Both the position numbers and the translations under genes were made by a program. From an uncultured Acidobacteriota bacterium (GTDB lineage: Bacteria; Acidobacteriota; Thermoanaerobaculia; UBA5066; Gp7-AA6), in assembly GCA_963764715.1 (NCBI GenBank), contig CAVXTP010000021.1, positions 128,001-192,000 of the forward strand: a stretch of 64,000 nucleotides of DNA, written 5' to 3'. The notes under the pieces are model-generated. The model was not told the DNA's origin, did no database searches, and saw nothing but the letters and a program-made list of their open reading frames with translations. Below are positions 18,070 to 28,685 of this stretch, piece after piece. Numbering within the stretch: the first letter of the stretch is position 1; every line of letters starts with the position of its first letter.

Positions 18070-19056
18070 ATGCTCAAGCTGGGCCCCCTCCCGATCGATC
18101 CGCCGCTGGTGCTCGCCCCGATGGCGGGCATCACGGACCACGTGTACCGGCTGATGCTGCGCCGGATCGGGGGGGTGGGGCTGGTGACGATGGAGTTCAT
18201 ATCGTCCGAAGCGATTACACGGGGCAACGCCCGCCAGCTGCGCAAGCTGGTCTTCTCGGACGAGGAGCGTCCCCTTTCGATCCAGATCTACGGCTCGGAC
18301 CCCGACCGCATGGCGGCGGCGGCCGACATCGTCCAGGAGCTCTCGCCCGACGTCTGCGACATCAACATGGGCTGCCCGGCCAACAAGGTCCTCAAGGGCT
18401 GCGCCGGTGCCGCTCTGATGGGCGACGTGCCCCTGGCGCGCCGCATCGTGCGGGCCGTCAAGGCCCGGCTCTCGATGCCGCTGACCGTGAAGTTCCGGCT
18501 GGGCCTCGACGAGCGCCGGGTCAACTTCCTCGACCTCGGCGCCATGTGCGAGGACGAGGGGGTCGCAGCCGTCGCGATGCACGCGCGTACCGCGCGGCAG
18601 ATGTACACCGGCCGAGCCGACTACTTCCGCATCGCCGAGCTCAAGCGGAGGGTTTCGATCCCCGTCATCGGCAACGGCGACGTGGCCGCTCCGGAGGACG
18701 CGCTGACGCTGCTCGAGGAGACCGGCTGCGACGGCGTCATGATCGGCCGCGCCACGATGAAGAACCCGTGGATCTTCCGGCAGATCGCGGACCGGATGGG
18801 GGGCCGGCCCGACCGCGAGGCGACGCTCGCCGAGCGGCGGGACCTGATGCTCGCGCACTTTGCGGCGATCGAGGAGACGGCCCACGACCCGAAGGAGGCC
18901 CTCCACAAGCTGCGCACGATGACCGGCTGGTACACGAGCGGGCTGCCCCACGGCCGGGCCCTGCGGATCCGCATCTCGGAGCTCGCGACGCCCGCGGATT
19001 TCCGGGCCGCCGTCCACGATTTCTTCCAGGGTGCCGAGCTCGCCATCGCCTCCTAG
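18070..19056 (+). CDS. dusB: tRNA-dihydrouridine synthase B
   Basis: LAPMAGITD, QIYGSDP, DINMGCP, GAALM, TVKFR, HART, GNGDV, GVMIGR. Confidence 0.93.
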   Translation: MLKLGPLPIDPPLVLAPMAGITDHVYRLMLRRIGGVGLVTMEFISSEAITRGNARQLRKLVFSDEERPLSIQIYGSDPDRMAAAADIVQELSPDVCDINMGCPANKVLKGCAGAALMGDVPLARRIVRAVKARLSMPLTVKFRLGLDERRVNFLDLGAMCEDEGVAAVAMHARTARQMYTGRADYFRIAELKRRVSIPVIGNGDVAAPEDALTLLEETGCDGVMIGRATMKNPWIFRQIADRMGGRPDREATLAERRDLMLAHFAAIEETAHDPKEALHKLRTMTGWYTSGLPHGRALRIRISELATPADFRAAVHDFFQGAELAIAS

Positions 19057-19107
19057 GGGGGCGCTTTCGGGAATTCCAGCCCCACGTCCGGCGGTTCGAA
19101 GGTTCCG

Positions 19108-20985
19108 ATGAAGTCTCGATCCCTGCTCGCCCTGTTTCTGGCCCTCTTCGCGGCCGGTGCGGCCCCGGCGCAGACCCGGCAGGCGCAGATTTCGACGGAC
19201 GCCGGGCAGTTCCCCCTCTACGTCACGGTCGAGTACCTCGGCATGGCGGGCGTGAAGACGGTCGTCCGCGTCCGGCTGCGGGCGCCCGAGCTCTCGATGG
19301 CCGCCGCCCGGCGCGGTCTCCGGACCTTCTCGGGCGAGCTCCAGGGGACCTTCGCCCGGGGCGAGGAGATCGTCCAGTCCTTCAAGTACCCGGTCTCGGG
19401 CGACGTTTCCGAGCGCACGACCTTCCAGTACGCGTTCCTGCGCTCGATCGAGCCCGGGGCCTACAGGCTCAAGCTCGTCCTGGCCGCGCCGGGCGGCAAG
19501 CAGGTCGGGGAAGCTTCGACCGACGTGTCGGTGCCGGAGGTCGGCAACGTCTTTTCGCCCGACATGGCCCCGGGCGAGGCCTCCACCCTGCCGGCGGCGG
19601 AGGCGATCGTGATCGCGGACGAGGCCGACTCGACGACCGCGTCGACGGGCGCCTCGAAGCTGAAGATCATGCCCCCGGCCCGCGAGGCGCCGATCGGCCT
19701 GCTGCGGCTCGAAGCCGACGTCGAGCCGCCGATCACCAAGGTCGAGTTCTACCTCGAGGACAAGCTGATCCTCGCGCGCTCGCGTCCTCCGTACTCGGTC
19801 GAGATCGATCTCGGGGAGGTCCCCCGCAAGCAGACCGTGCGGGCCGTCGGGTACGACGCCTCGGGCCGCCTCATCGACGAGGACGCCTGGGCCATCAACC
19901 AGGGCAGCGCGCGCCTCGCAGTCAAGATCCTGCCGCAGCCGGACCCGGCGGCCGGCGTCGTGCGCGTCAAGGTCGTCGTCCAGTCGATCTCGGGCGGCAT
20001 CGCCAAGCAGGTCGAGCTCTTCTTGAACGACAAGAAGCTCAAGGCCTGGGCGACGTCCGGTCCCTACGAAGTCACGATCCCGATGACGGAGTACTCGCGG
20101 GGCGAGTTCCTGCGGGCCACGGCGATCGGCGAGGACGGCAAGGAGGCCAACGACCTGCGCTTCCTCAAGGGGCCGAACACGACGATCGAGAACGTGCGCG
20201 TCGACGTCGTCCAGCTCCACGTCTCGGCCATGGACAAGGACAAGCGCTTCGTCAAGGGACTGACGGAATCCGACTTTTCGGTGCAGGAGGACGGCCGCGC
20301 CCAGCACGTGACGGGCTTCGAGGTCGCCGAGAAGCTGCCGCTGACGATCGGCCTCGTCGTGGACGGCTCGGGCTCGATGGAGAAGGTCATGCCCTTCGTG
20401 CACGACGCCTCGACCGAGCTCTTCCGGGGTCTCATCCGCGACAAGGACCAGGGCTTCGTCATCGAGTTCCGCGAGCAGCCGCGCATGCTTCAGACGCTGA
20501 CCTCGAGCTCCGCGGACCTCCAGCGGGCGGCCGGCGAGACCTCGGCCCGGGGGGCGACGTCCCTCTTCGATTCGATCGTCCTCGGCCTGTACCAGTTCCG
20601 GGCGCTGCAGGGGCGGAAGGCGCTCGTCGTCGTGTCCGACGGCGCCGACAACCACTCCCACGTCGACTATCAGACGCTGCTGCGATACTGCCGGACGGCG
20701 GGATCGCCGATCTACATCATCGGGGTCAACCTGTCGGTCCTCGACTTCGGTATCCGCGGCCAGCTCGGCGAGATCGCGCGCGAGTCCGGCGGCGAGGTCT
20801 TCTACATTTCCAACGCCGAGAAGATCAAGGGCGTGACCGAGCGGATCGAGGAGGAGCTGCGGTCCCAGTACATCGTGGCGTTCCGCACCGACTCCCAGAA
20901 GCCCGACGGCGAGTACCGCACGATCGCCGTGGCGGTCGACAAGCCCGGCGTCACGGCCCGAACCATCAAGGGATATATCCCTTAA
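19108..20985 (+). CDS. Secreted VWA-domain protein with Ig-like domains (Acidobacteria VWFA-related type)
   Basis: Signal peptide; VKGLTESDFSVQEDG, MIDAS DGSGS, GATSLFDSI, RKALVVVSDGADN, ELRSQY. Confidence 0.85.
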   Translation: MKSRSLLALFLALFAAGAAPAQTRQAQISTDAGQFPLYVTVEYLGMAGVKTVVRVRLRAPELSMAAARRGLRTFSGELQGTFARGEEIVQSFKYPVSGDVSERTTFQYAFLRSIEPGAYRLKLVLAAPGGKQVGEASTDVSVPEVGNVFSPDMAPGEASTLPAAEAIVIADEADSTTASTGASKLKIMPPAREAPIGLLRLEADVEPPITKVEFYLEDKLILARSRPPYSVEIDLGEVPRKQTVRAVGYDASGRLIDEDAWAINQGSARLAVKILPQPDPAAGVVRVKVVVQSISGGIAKQVELFLNDKKLKAWATSGPYEVTIPMTEYSRGEFLRATAIGEDGKEANDLRFLKGPNTTIENVRVDVVQLHVSAMDKDKRFVKGLTESDFSVQEDGRAQHVTGFEVAEKLPLTIGLVVDGSGSMEKVMPFVHDASTELFRGLIRDKDQGFVIEFREQPRMLQTLTSSSADLQRAAGETSARGATSLFDSIVLGLYQFRALQGRKALVVVSDGADNHSHVDYQTLLRYCRTAGSPIYIIGVNLSVLDFGIRGQLGEIARESGGEVFYISNAEKIKGVTERIEEELRSQYIVAFRTDSQKPDGEYRTIAVAVDKPGVTARTIKGYIP

Positions 20986-21006
20986 ACGTCGCGAGCGCTT
21001 GCCGTC

Positions 21007-21159
21007 GCGAGCGCTGCGCTCCGGGTCTGCGCCTGACGGCGCACCGGCTCTCGGCTCGCCTGTGGGCTCGACCGCGAGCCTGACCCTGCGCTGCGCGCTC
21101 GCTCCCGCGGCGCAAACCTCCTCCCTCCCTTCGGTCGGGAGACTATTTGCGCCGCGAAC
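21007..21159 (-). repeat. Dispersed structured element, copy B (divergent)
   Basis: Same helix layout as copies A and C, with compensatory substitutions. Confidence 0.8.
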
Positions 21160-21203
21160 GGATGAGACATTGCCGCGGAAACGGAACGGCGGTGGCCCCG
21201 GTC

Positions 21204-21228
21204 GTAGGGGCGGCCCTCGTGGCCGCCC
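21204..21228 (+). repeat. GTAG-family REP element
   Basis: GTAGGGGCGGCCCTCGTGGCCGCCC. Confidence 0.8.
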
Positions 21229-21267
21229 TCCTCGGAACCTCCCGCCGCTGGATTCGAACCTGAGCCC

Positions 21268-22896
21268 CTACTCGGGAAAATTCGCGACGATGGCGTGGCG
21301 TCCGGAGTAGCGGACGACGCGGGCGGGCGGGCTCGCCTTCATGAGCTCGACGAGATCGCCGAGGCGGACGAGGGCGACGACCGGCCGCCCTCCCTGCCAG
21401 GCGGCCCAGAAGCGCTCCCGGTCCCAGAAGAGGGCGGCGCGGACGGCGGGGTCGGTCTCGAACTCGGGCTCGAGCTCGCCCTTGTAGGCGGCCACGGGGA
21501 TCGGCGTCCGCAGCTCCCAGGAGAGCCCGTTCAGGTAATCGCGGTAGCCGACGATCGGCGCCTTCCAGGGAGCCGCCGCCTCCCGGGCCGCATCCGCGAG
21601 CTCGTGCGTCAGCCGGGCCTGCGGGGTCTTCGGCCAGCCCAGCGCGACGGCTCCGAAGAAGCAGAACCAGCCGGCGGCGACGGAGGCGAGCGCGAGCTCC
21701 CGGGAGCGGGCCGCGAGCAGCACGGCGAACCACGAGGCGAGGACGAGCAGGGCGAGGGCCGGCGCGACGAGCGCCTCGAGGTGCAGTTCCCTGGCGGCCG
21801 CGCGGAGCTCCGGGTGCGAGATCAGCGCGACGGCGAGAATCGTCGCGAGGGCCGCCTGGACGATCCAGGAAGCGCGCGCGCCGGTCCCGGGCATCCCGAG
21901 CGCCGCGAGGACGGCCGCCGCCGGGACGGCCGGAAAGAGGTACGGCGGCAGCTTGCTGCCCGAGATCGAGAAGAACACGAAGACGACGGTGAACCAGACG
22001 ACGAAGAAAAACCCTTCGTCGCTCGCGCGCAGCCCCCGCCGGAATCCGCGGAGGAAGAACGGAAGGCCCGGCAGGAATCCGAGGACGAAGACGGGGACGA
22101 AGTAGTAGACCGGGCCGGGACGTTTCGCGGCCCCGGTGGCGAATCGCCGGAAGTGCTCCCGCACGAAGAAGAAGTCGAGAAAGCCTGGGTGGCGCCGCTC
22201 GACGGCGAGAAGCCAGGGCAGCGCCAGGACGAGGAACACGAGCGGAGCGGGCGAGACGACGAGCGCGCGGAAGGTCGCCGCGAGCCGGCCCGTCGAGACC
22301 GCCCAGGCGAAGAAGATCGCGGCGGGCAGGACGATCGCGATCAGGCCCTTCGTCAGGAACGCGGCGGCCGCGCAGGCCCCGAAGAGGGAGGCCATCGCGC
22401 GCCATGGCCGCTGTGTCTCGCGCCGGAGGACGGCTGCGCGGCCGGCGAGGAGCGTCGCCGTCAGGAAGAACGTCAGGAGGCCGTCCGTCAGGTTCGTGCG
22501 CGAGAACAGGAACCCCATCGGCGCGGCGAGGAACAGGACGGCGGCGGCGCCGCCGAGCCCCGCCCCGCGCGCCGCGAGAAACACGAGGGCGAGGGTGCCG
22601 AGGCCCGCGAGTCGAGTCGGCAACCGCGCCGCCCAGGGCGTTTCGCCGAAGAGGCGCAGGGACGCGGCATTGGCCCAGTAGAGGAGGGGAGGCTTTTCGA
22701 AGTACGGGACGCCGTTCAGGCGGGGGACGACGAGGTCCCCGGCCGCGAGCATCTCCCGCGGGATCTCGGCGTAACGGGTTTCGTCCGGCTCGGCGAGGCG
22801 CGCGCCCGACGGCTCGAGCCAGGCCACCGCGATCAGGGCGAAGAGCGCCGCGAGGAGGGTCCGCCGACCCGGGGTCCTGGCCGTGAGCTCCTCCAT
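21268..22896 (-). CDS. ArnT/GT83-like lipid-carrier-dependent glycosyltransferase
   Basis: PDETRYAEIPREM, YFEKPPL, LTKG, EHFRRF, SKLPPYLFP; multiple TM segments. Confidence 0.88.
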   Translation of the reverse strand: MEELTARTPGRRTLLAALFALIAVAWLEPSGARLAEPDETRYAEIPREMLAAGDLVVPRLNGVPYFEKPPLLYWANAASLRLFGETPWAARLPTRLAGLGTLALVFLAARGAGLGGAAAVLFLAAPMGFLFSRTNLTDGLLTFFLTATLLAGRAAVLRRETQRPWRAMASLFGACAAAAFLTKGLIAIVLPAAIFFAWAVSTGRLAATFRALVVSPAPLVFLVLALPWLLAVERRHPGFLDFFFVREHFRRFATGAAKRPGPVYYFVPVFVLGFLPGLPFFLRGFRRGLRASDEGFFFVVWFTVVFVFFSISGSKLPPYLFPAVPAAAVLAALGMPGTGARASWIVQAALATILAVALISHPELRAAARELHLEALVAPALALLVLASWFAVLLAARSRELALASVAAGWFCFFGAVALGWPKTPQARLTHELADAAREAAAPWKAPIVGYRDYLNGLSWELRTPIPVAAYKGELEPEFETDPAVRAALFWDRERFWAAWQGGRPVVALVRLGDLVELMKASPPARVVRYSGRHAIVANFPE

Positions 22897-22931
22897 CACC
22901 CGGAAACGGAGTGTACTAAGATTCCGGCCGC

Positions 22932-23744
22932 TTGATCGAAGAGCCGCGTCACCGCTGGGCCGTCGTCCTCGGCGCATCGTCCGGTTTCGGGGAGGCCTGC
23001 GCCCTCGCCCTGGGCCGCGCCGGCTGGAACATTTTCGGCGTCCACCTCGACCGGAAGGCGACGCAGGCCAACGCGGAGCGGATCGCCGGCGAGATCCGCG
23101 CGGCCGGGCGCCGGGCCGAGTTCTTCAACGTCAACGCCGCCGACGACGAGAAGCGGGCCGAGGTCGTCCAGGCGATCAAGAACACCTGCGGCAACGATCC
23201 TCCGTCCTCGCGCGTCTCCGTCCTCCTCCACTCGCTCGCGTTCGGCACGCTCAAGCCGTTCTTCGCCGAGCCGCGGGAGAACGCCATCTCGAAGGCCCAG
23301 CTCGAGATGACGCTCGACGTCATGGCGAACTCGCTCGTCTTCTGGGCGCAGGACCTCTACTTCGCGGACCTGCTTTCGCCGGGCGGCCGGATCTTCGCGA
23401 TGACCTCGGCGGGCGATCACATCGTGTGGCCCTCGTACGGCGCGGTCTCGGCCGCCAAGTGCGCCCTCGAGTCCTACGTGCGGCAGCTCGCCGTCGAGCT
23501 CGCGCCGAAGGGGATCGCCGTCAACTCGCTGCGGGCGGGCGTGACCGACACGCCGGCGCTCCGCAAGATCCCGGGCAACGCGGGAATGATCGAGCGCACG
23601 CTCTCGCTTCATCCGGCGAACCGACTCACGACGCCGGAGGACGTCGCCCGGGCGCTCGTGGCGCTCTGCGGTGAAGGCGGCGCCTGGATCTCGGGCAACG
23701 TGATCGGCGTCGACGGCGCCGAGGACATCGCGGGCGGAAGGTAG
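22932..23744 (+). CDS. Enoyl-ACP reductase-like SDR (FabL/FabI type)
   Basis: GASSGFG, YGAVSAAK (YX6K), AGVTDTPAL, PANRLTTPEDVA, VDG. Confidence 0.8.
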   Translation: MIEEPRHRWAVVLGASSGFGEACALALGRAGWNIFGVHLDRKATQANAERIAGEIRAAGRRAEFFNVNAADDEKRAEVVQAIKNTCGNDPPSSRVSVLLHSLAFGTLKPFFAEPRENAISKAQLEMTLDVMANSLVFWAQDLYFADLLSPGGRIFAMTSAGDHIVWPSYGAVSAAKCALESYVRQLAVELAPKGIAVNSLRAGVTDTPALRKIPGNAGMIERTLSLHPANRLTTPEDVARALVALCGEGGAWISGNVIGVDGAEDIAGGR

Positions 23745-23752
23745 ACGCGGTT

Positions 23753-25078
23753 TTGTCCCCGGGCCCCTTCACGCTTGTCAAGGAAAAGGCCGGGTTCCGC
23801 GAGTTCCGGCTCGACTCGAACGGCCTTTCCGTTCTCCTGCTCCCGAACCGCGTGGCGCCGGTCGCGACGTTCGCGGTCGTCTACCACGTCGGAAGCCGCA
23901 ACGAGGCGGTCGGCCACACCGGCGCCACGCACCTGCTCGAGCACCTGATGTTCAAGGGCACCCCCGAGTTCGACCGGGCCCACGGCACCGCCGTCGCCGC
24001 CGTCCTCGAGGCTCTCGGGGCCCGGTTCAACGCGACCACGTGGTTCGACCGGACCAACTACTACGAGACGCTTCCCTCGGACCGCCTCGACGTGGCCGTC
24101 CGCATCGAGGCCTCCCGCATGCGGCGCGCGCTCCTGCGCAACGAGGACCGCGTGCCCGAGATGACGGTGGTCCGCAACGAGTTCGAGCGGGGGGAGAACT
24201 CGCCCTTCCAGGTGCTCTACAAGCTGACCTTCGCGACGGCCTTCCGCGAGCACCCCTACCACCACCCGACGATCGGCTGGCGCAGCGACATCGAGGAGGT
24301 CTCGACCGATCGCCTGCGCGAGTTCTACGACACGTTCTACCATCCGAACAACGCGACGGCGATGGTCATCGGCGACTTCGACGAGGCGGACGTCCTCGCG
24401 CTGCTCGCCCGCGAGCTCGGCGGAATTCCGCGGTCGGACCGTCCGATCCCGAAGGTCTACACGGTCGAGCCGCCGCAGGAGGGCGAGCGCCGCTTCGTCG
24501 TCCGGCGCGTCGGCCAGGTCGCGTGGGTCGGCCTCTCCTGGAGAACGGTCGAGGCCCGGCACGCCGACACGCCGGCCCTCGCCGTGCTCGGCAACATCAT
24601 CGGCGGAGGCATCACGTCCCGCCTCCACCAGGCGCTGGTCGAGAAGACGCTGGCCCTCTCGGTGACGGTCGTTCCGTGGCAGCTCCGGGACCCGGCGCTC
24701 TTTTCCGTGTTCGTTCCGGTCCGGCCGGGGATCGAGCCCGCCGAGGTCGAGTCGGTCGTCCGGCAGGAGCTCGCGAAGATCGCGGCCGACGGCGTGACGG
24801 AGGCCGAGTGCGCCAAGGCGCGCACGCAGATCGAGGCCGAGGTCATCTTCGACCGGGACTCGACCGACCAGATCGCCGCGTCGCTGTCGGAGGCGATCGC
24901 GGTGGCCGACTGGGAGTGGTACGCCGACTACCCGGAGAGGATCCGGGCCGTCACGCCCGAGGACGTGCGCCGCGTCGTCCTGACCTACCTCCACGACGAC
25001 GGCCTCACGGTCGGGCTCTACCTTCCGAAGACGGGGGAGCCGGCCGCGCCCCCGGCCGACGCGGGGGAGGCGGCTTGA
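23753..25078 (+). CDS. M16B zinc peptidase, catalytic subunit
   Basis: VGSRNE, HLLEHLMFKGT (HXXEH), NATTWFDRTNY, FYHPNNA. Confidence 0.92.
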   Translation: MSPGPFTLVKEKAGFREFRLDSNGLSVLLLPNRVAPVATFAVVYHVGSRNEAVGHTGATHLLEHLMFKGTPEFDRAHGTAVAAVLEALGARFNATTWFDRTNYYETLPSDRLDVAVRIEASRMRRALLRNEDRVPEMTVVRNEFERGENSPFQVLYKLTFATAFREHPYHHPTIGWRSDIEEVSTDRLREFYDTFYHPNNATAMVIGDFDEADVLALLARELGGIPRSDRPIPKVYTVEPPQEGERRFVVRRVGQVAWVGLSWRTVEARHADTPALAVLGNIIGGGITSRLHQALVEKTLALSVTVVPWQLRDPALFSVFVPVRPGIEPAEVESVVRQELAKIAADGVTEAECAKARTQIEAEVIFDRDSTDQIAASLSEAIAVADWEWYADYPERIRAVTPEDVRRVVLTYLHDDGLTVGLYLPKTGEPAAPPADAGEAA

Positions 25079-26388
25079 GCGCGACCGTCTCGCGCCGGGC
25101 CCCCTTCGCCGAGCTCGTCCGGCACCGGGAGCTCTCGAACGGCGCCCGCTTCTACGTTCTCGAGAACCACTTCAACCCGACGGTCGCGATCTCGGGGTCC
25201 CTGACCGCGGGCCGGCTCTTCGCTCCCTCCGAACGGCGGCTGATCGCGTCGGTGACGGCGGGCGAGCTGATGAAGGGCACGGCGCGGCGCACGAAGCTGC
25301 AGCTCGCCGAGGACCTCGAGAGCCGGGCCATCAGCCTCGGCTTCTCCTCCGACGCCTCCGATCCCGTCGGCGTCGACGTCTCGGGCGCCGCGCTCTCCCG
25401 CGAGACGGACGTGCTGCTCGAGGCGCTCGCCGAGGTCCTCCGGACGCCGGCCTTCCCGCCCGACGAGCTCGAGCGGGAGAAGAAGCGCCTCGTGGGCTCG
25501 ATCCGCCAGCAGCAGGACCAGACGTCCGTCCGCGCCTACGAACGGGCCATGCGGAGGATCTATCCGCTGGAGCACCCGCTGCACGCCTTCAGCGGCGAGG
25601 AGCGAATCGCCCGGGTCGAGGGCCTCGTCCGCGACGATCTGGCCGCGTTCTATTCGGCGCGCTACGGTGCGGCGTCGCTCGCCCTCATCGTCGTGGGCGA
25701 CGTGGACGCCGGGCGCATTCTCGACCGCCTGGAAGCCGCCTTCGGTTCTTGGCCGGCCGGGCCGAAGCCCGAGATCCCGGAGGTCCGCATCCCGCCCTCC
25801 TCGCCCGGGCGGGAAACCGTGGAGATGCCGGACAAGGCCAGCGCGGACGTCGTCGTCGCGGCGCCCGCGAGCCTGAAGCGCACCGACGCGGACTTCTTCG
25901 CGTGCACGCTCGCCAACGCGGCGCTCGGCCAGTCCTCGCTGACGTCCCGCCTGGGCGTGCGCGTGCGCGACACGGAAGGGCTGACGTACGGCATCCACTC
26001 GAGCTTCTCGGCCACGCACGTCGCGGGGCCGTTCGCGATCAGCCTGACGGTCAAGCCGGAGAGCCGGGACGCCGCCCTCGCGTCCACGCTCGACGAGGTC
26101 GGCCGGCTCCTGAAGACCGGGCTGACCCCGAAGGAGCTCGCGCAGGAGAAGAGCGCGCGGATCGGAAAGTTCAAGGTCGACCTCGGCTCGAACTCCGGAA
26201 TCGCCAACGCGCTCGACTCCGCCGTCTACTACGGCTTCGGGGTCTCCTACCTCGACGAGTTCCCGGCGAGGGTCGAGGCCGTGACGAAGGAGCAGGCCGA
26301 CTCCGCGTTCGCCTCACGGGTCCGGCCGGAGGACTTCACGATCGTTTCGGCGGGAAGCTTCGGAGAGTCAGTAAGCCGTAAGCAGTAA
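25075..26388 (+). CDS. M16B peptidase, non-catalytic partner
   Basis: TTG overlaps the upstream stop; LMKGT without HXXEH; SRLGVRVRDTEGLTYG (R/Y motif). Confidence 0.88.
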   Translation: MSATVSRRAPFAELVRHRELSNGARFYVLENHFNPTVAISGSLTAGRLFAPSERRLIASVTAGELMKGTARRTKLQLAEDLESRAISLGFSSDASDPVGVDVSGAALSRETDVLLEALAEVLRTPAFPPDELEREKKRLVGSIRQQQDQTSVRAYERAMRRIYPLEHPLHAFSGEERIARVEGLVRDDLAAFYSARYGAASLALIVVGDVDAGRILDRLEAAFGSWPAGPKPEIPEVRIPPSSPGRETVEMPDKASADVVVAAPASLKRTDADFFACTLANAALGQSSLTSRLGVRVRDTEGLTYGIHSSFSATHVAGPFAISLTVKPESRDAALASTLDEVGRLLKTGLTPKELAQEKSARIGKFKVDLGSNSGIANALDSAVYYGFGVSYLDEFPARVEAVTKEQADSAFASRVRPEDFTIVSAGSFGESVSRKQ

Positions 26389-26437
26389 GCCGACGCCGAT
26401 GAACCAGCCCGCTTACCGCTTACCGCTTACTGCTTAC
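26369..26437. repeat. Heptamer inverted repeat, copy 3
   Basis: cagtaag ccgtaag cagtaagc ... gcttaccg cttaccg cttactg cttac; contains the M16 stop codon. Confidence 0.85.
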
Positions 26438-26483
26438 AGTTCCATCCGGATAGCTCTGGAAGTATGAAAGAATCCCGCCCCAG

Positions 26484-26843
26484 ATGAGACGTCCCCAGCA
26501 CCGCCGGCCGATGCGCCGCCGTCCCGGCGAGGCGCCGCCGACGCACCGCGTGTGGCTGTCGAACGAGCAGCCGCTGCGCGAAGGGCCTTCGCCGGACGGC
26601 CGGCAGTATTTCCGGATCCGCTTCGACAACGAGCCCTCGCCCGAGTGGATGCGGGCCTACCGTGCCGGCCTCCTCGGCCTGATGCCGGACGACCGCGACG
26701 CCGTCCTGCGCTTCGAGTTCCAGGGCGACTCCGTCCGGTTCGCGGCCGCCGACGCGGAGGTCACGAAGCTCCGCCGTGTCCTCGAGCAGCGCGTCCAGGC
26801 CGTGAACGGGATCCTCTCCGGCGGACGCGCGGTCGAGCCCTAG
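26484..26843 (+). CDS. Hypothetical protein
   Basis: Fills the gap before the ABC gene; protein-like composition. Confidence 0.55.
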   Translation: MRRPQHRRPMRRRPGEAPPTHRVWLSNEQPLREGPSPDGRQYFRIRFDNEPSPEWMRAYRAGLLGLMPDDRDAVLRFEFQGDSVRFAAADAEVTKLRRVLEQRVQAVNGILSGGRAVEP

Positions 26844-26870
26844 GAACCCCCCGGCCGGGAGGCGACGCCC

Positions 26871-28685
26871 GTGAATCGCCGCTTTCTCGTCGAGCACGTC
26901 CTCCGGCCCTACAAGTGGCCGCTCCTCTTCGCGTTCGTCGCGATGCTGCTGGAGACGATCGCGGGGCTCCTGCAGCCGTGGCCCCTGAAGGTCGTGCTCG
27001 ACTCGGTCATCGGGCACCATCCGCTCCCGGGGTTCCTGTCGGGGCTGCACGACGTCTTCGGGCGGCACAAGGGCGGAACGGTCGCGATCGCGGCGATCGC
27101 GACCGTGGCGATCGCGCTCCTGAACTCGGCCGCCTCCTACGCCGACTCGTACCTGACGACGAGCGTCGGCCAGTACCTCGCGCACGACCTGCGCCGGAAG
27201 GTCTACCACCACCTCCAGCGGCTCTCGCTCTCCTACTACGACCACCACAAGCTGGGGAACATCCTCTCGACCATCACCGACGACATCGACAACGTCCAGT
27301 CCTTCTTCTCCGCGTCGGTCCTCTCGATCGTGATCGACGCGACCACGATCGTCGGCATGTTCGCGGTGATGCTCTACCTCGACTGGAAGTTCACTCTGAT
27401 CGCGATGGCGGTCACGCCGTTCCTCTTCCTCTTCGTCCAGCGCTTCACGCACCTCGTGAAGCAGTCGACCCGGCAGGTCCGGGCCAAGCAGAGCGAGATC
27501 GTGTCGACGGTCGAGGAGTCCCTCGGCGCCATCCGCGTCATCCAGGCCTTCGCGCAGGGCGACGTCGAGGAGGAGAAGCTCGCCCGGCGCAGCCTCGAAT
27601 CCGTCGACGCGGCGCTCTCGGCCCGGAAGATCAAGGCGCTGCTCGGCCCGGTCATGGACGTCGTGGCCGCGATCGGGACGGCCCTCGTCCTCTGGTACGG
27701 GGCGAGCCTCGTGCTGGCGAACGAGATGACGGCCGGCTCCCTCGTCGTCTTCCTGATGTACCTCGGCAAGATGTTCAAGCCGATGCAGGACCTGGCAAAG
27801 ATGACGAACTCGGCCTCCAAGGCCGCCGTCGGCATGGACCGGATCCAGGAGATCCTCGACAGCGACGCCCTGCTTCGGGAAGCGCCCGACGCGAAGCCCG
27901 CGCCGAAGCTGACGGGCACCATCGCCTTCGAGCACGTCGCCTTCGGCTACGAGCCGGGCAAGCTCATCCTCCAGGACGTCCACTTCGACATCCCGGCCGG
28001 GAAGATGGGGGCGATCGTCGGCCCGACGGGCGAGGGCAAGTCGACGCTCATCAACCTCATCCCGCGCCTCTACGACCCGGCGAAGGGCACGGTCCGGATC
28101 GACGGCAACGACCTGCGGGCCTTCCAGCTCAAGTCGCTCCGCGACCAGATCAGCTACGTCCAGCAGGAGACGGTCCTCTTCGACGAGCCGATCTGGCAGA
28201 ACATCGCGTACGGAAAGCCGGACGCGACGCGCGACGAGATCGTCGAGGCCGCGAAGCTCGCCAACGCCGACGAGTTCATCCGGAAGCTGCCGAAGGGCTA
28301 CGACACGGTCGTCGGCGAGCGTGGCGCGGCCCTCTCCGGCGGGCAGCGCCAGCGCATCGGGATCGCCCGGGCGATCATCCGCAACTCGCCGATCCTCATC
28401 CTCGACGAGGCCACCTCCGGCCTCGACGCCGAGTCCGAGTCGCTCATCGTCGAGGCGCTCGACCGCCTGATGAAGGGGAAGACCTCGCTCGTCATCGCGC
28501 ACCGGCTCGGGACGATCCGGCAGGCCGACCGGATCATGGTGCTGAAGGACGGCCGGATCGCCGAGCAGGGCACCCACGAGGAGCTCCTCGCCCGCGGCGG
28601 GCACTACGCGCAGCTCTACACCCTCCAGTTCGGCGGCGGGGCGGCCGCGACGGCCGCGCCGGAAGGTAAGATCCCGGGGACATGA
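26871..28685 (+). CDS. ABC exporter, fused permease/ATPase (MsbA-like)
   Basis: TM domain plus GPTGEGKST, LSGGQRQR, ILDEATSGLD, IAHRL. Confidence 0.93.
   Translation: MNRRFLVEHVLRPYKWPLLFAFVAMLLETIAGLLQPWPLKVVLDSVIGHHPLPGFLSGLHDVFGRHKGGTVAIAAIATVAIALLNSAASYADSYLTTSVGQYLAHDLRRKVYHHLQRLSLSYYDHHKLGNILSTITDDIDNVQSFFSASVLSIVIDATTIVGMFAVMLYLDWKFTLIAMAVTPFLFLFVQRFTHLVKQSTRQVRAKQSEIVSTVEESLGAIRVIQAFAQGDVEEEKLARRSLESVDAALSARKIKALLGPVMDVVAAIGTALVLWYGASLVLANEMTAGSLVVFLMYLGKMFKPMQDLAKMTNSASKAAVGMDRIQEILDSDALLREAPDAKPAPKLTGTIAFEHVAFGYEPGKLILQDVHFDIPAGKMGAIVGPTGEGKSTLINLIPRLYDPAKGTVRIDGNDLRAFQLKSLRDQISYVQQETVLFDEPIWQNIAYGKPDATRDEIVEAAKLANADEFIRKLPKGYDTVVGERGAALSGGQRQRIGIARAIIRNSPILILDEATSGLDAESESLIVEALDRLMKGKTSLVIAHRLGTIRQADRIMVLKDGRIAEQGTHEELLARGGHYAQLYTLQFGGGAAATAAPEGKIPGT

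Noticed and set aside
23753-26388. Second M16 gene lacking HXXEH as a pseudogene
   Set aside because: Heterodimeric M16B peptidases normally pair a catalytic subunit with a non-catalytic R/Y-motif subunit, and the ORF is intact.
26369-26437. Heptamer arrays as a possible CRISPR array
   Set aside because: The units are 7 bp with no unique 25-45 bp spacers between direct repeats, and no cas genes are present.
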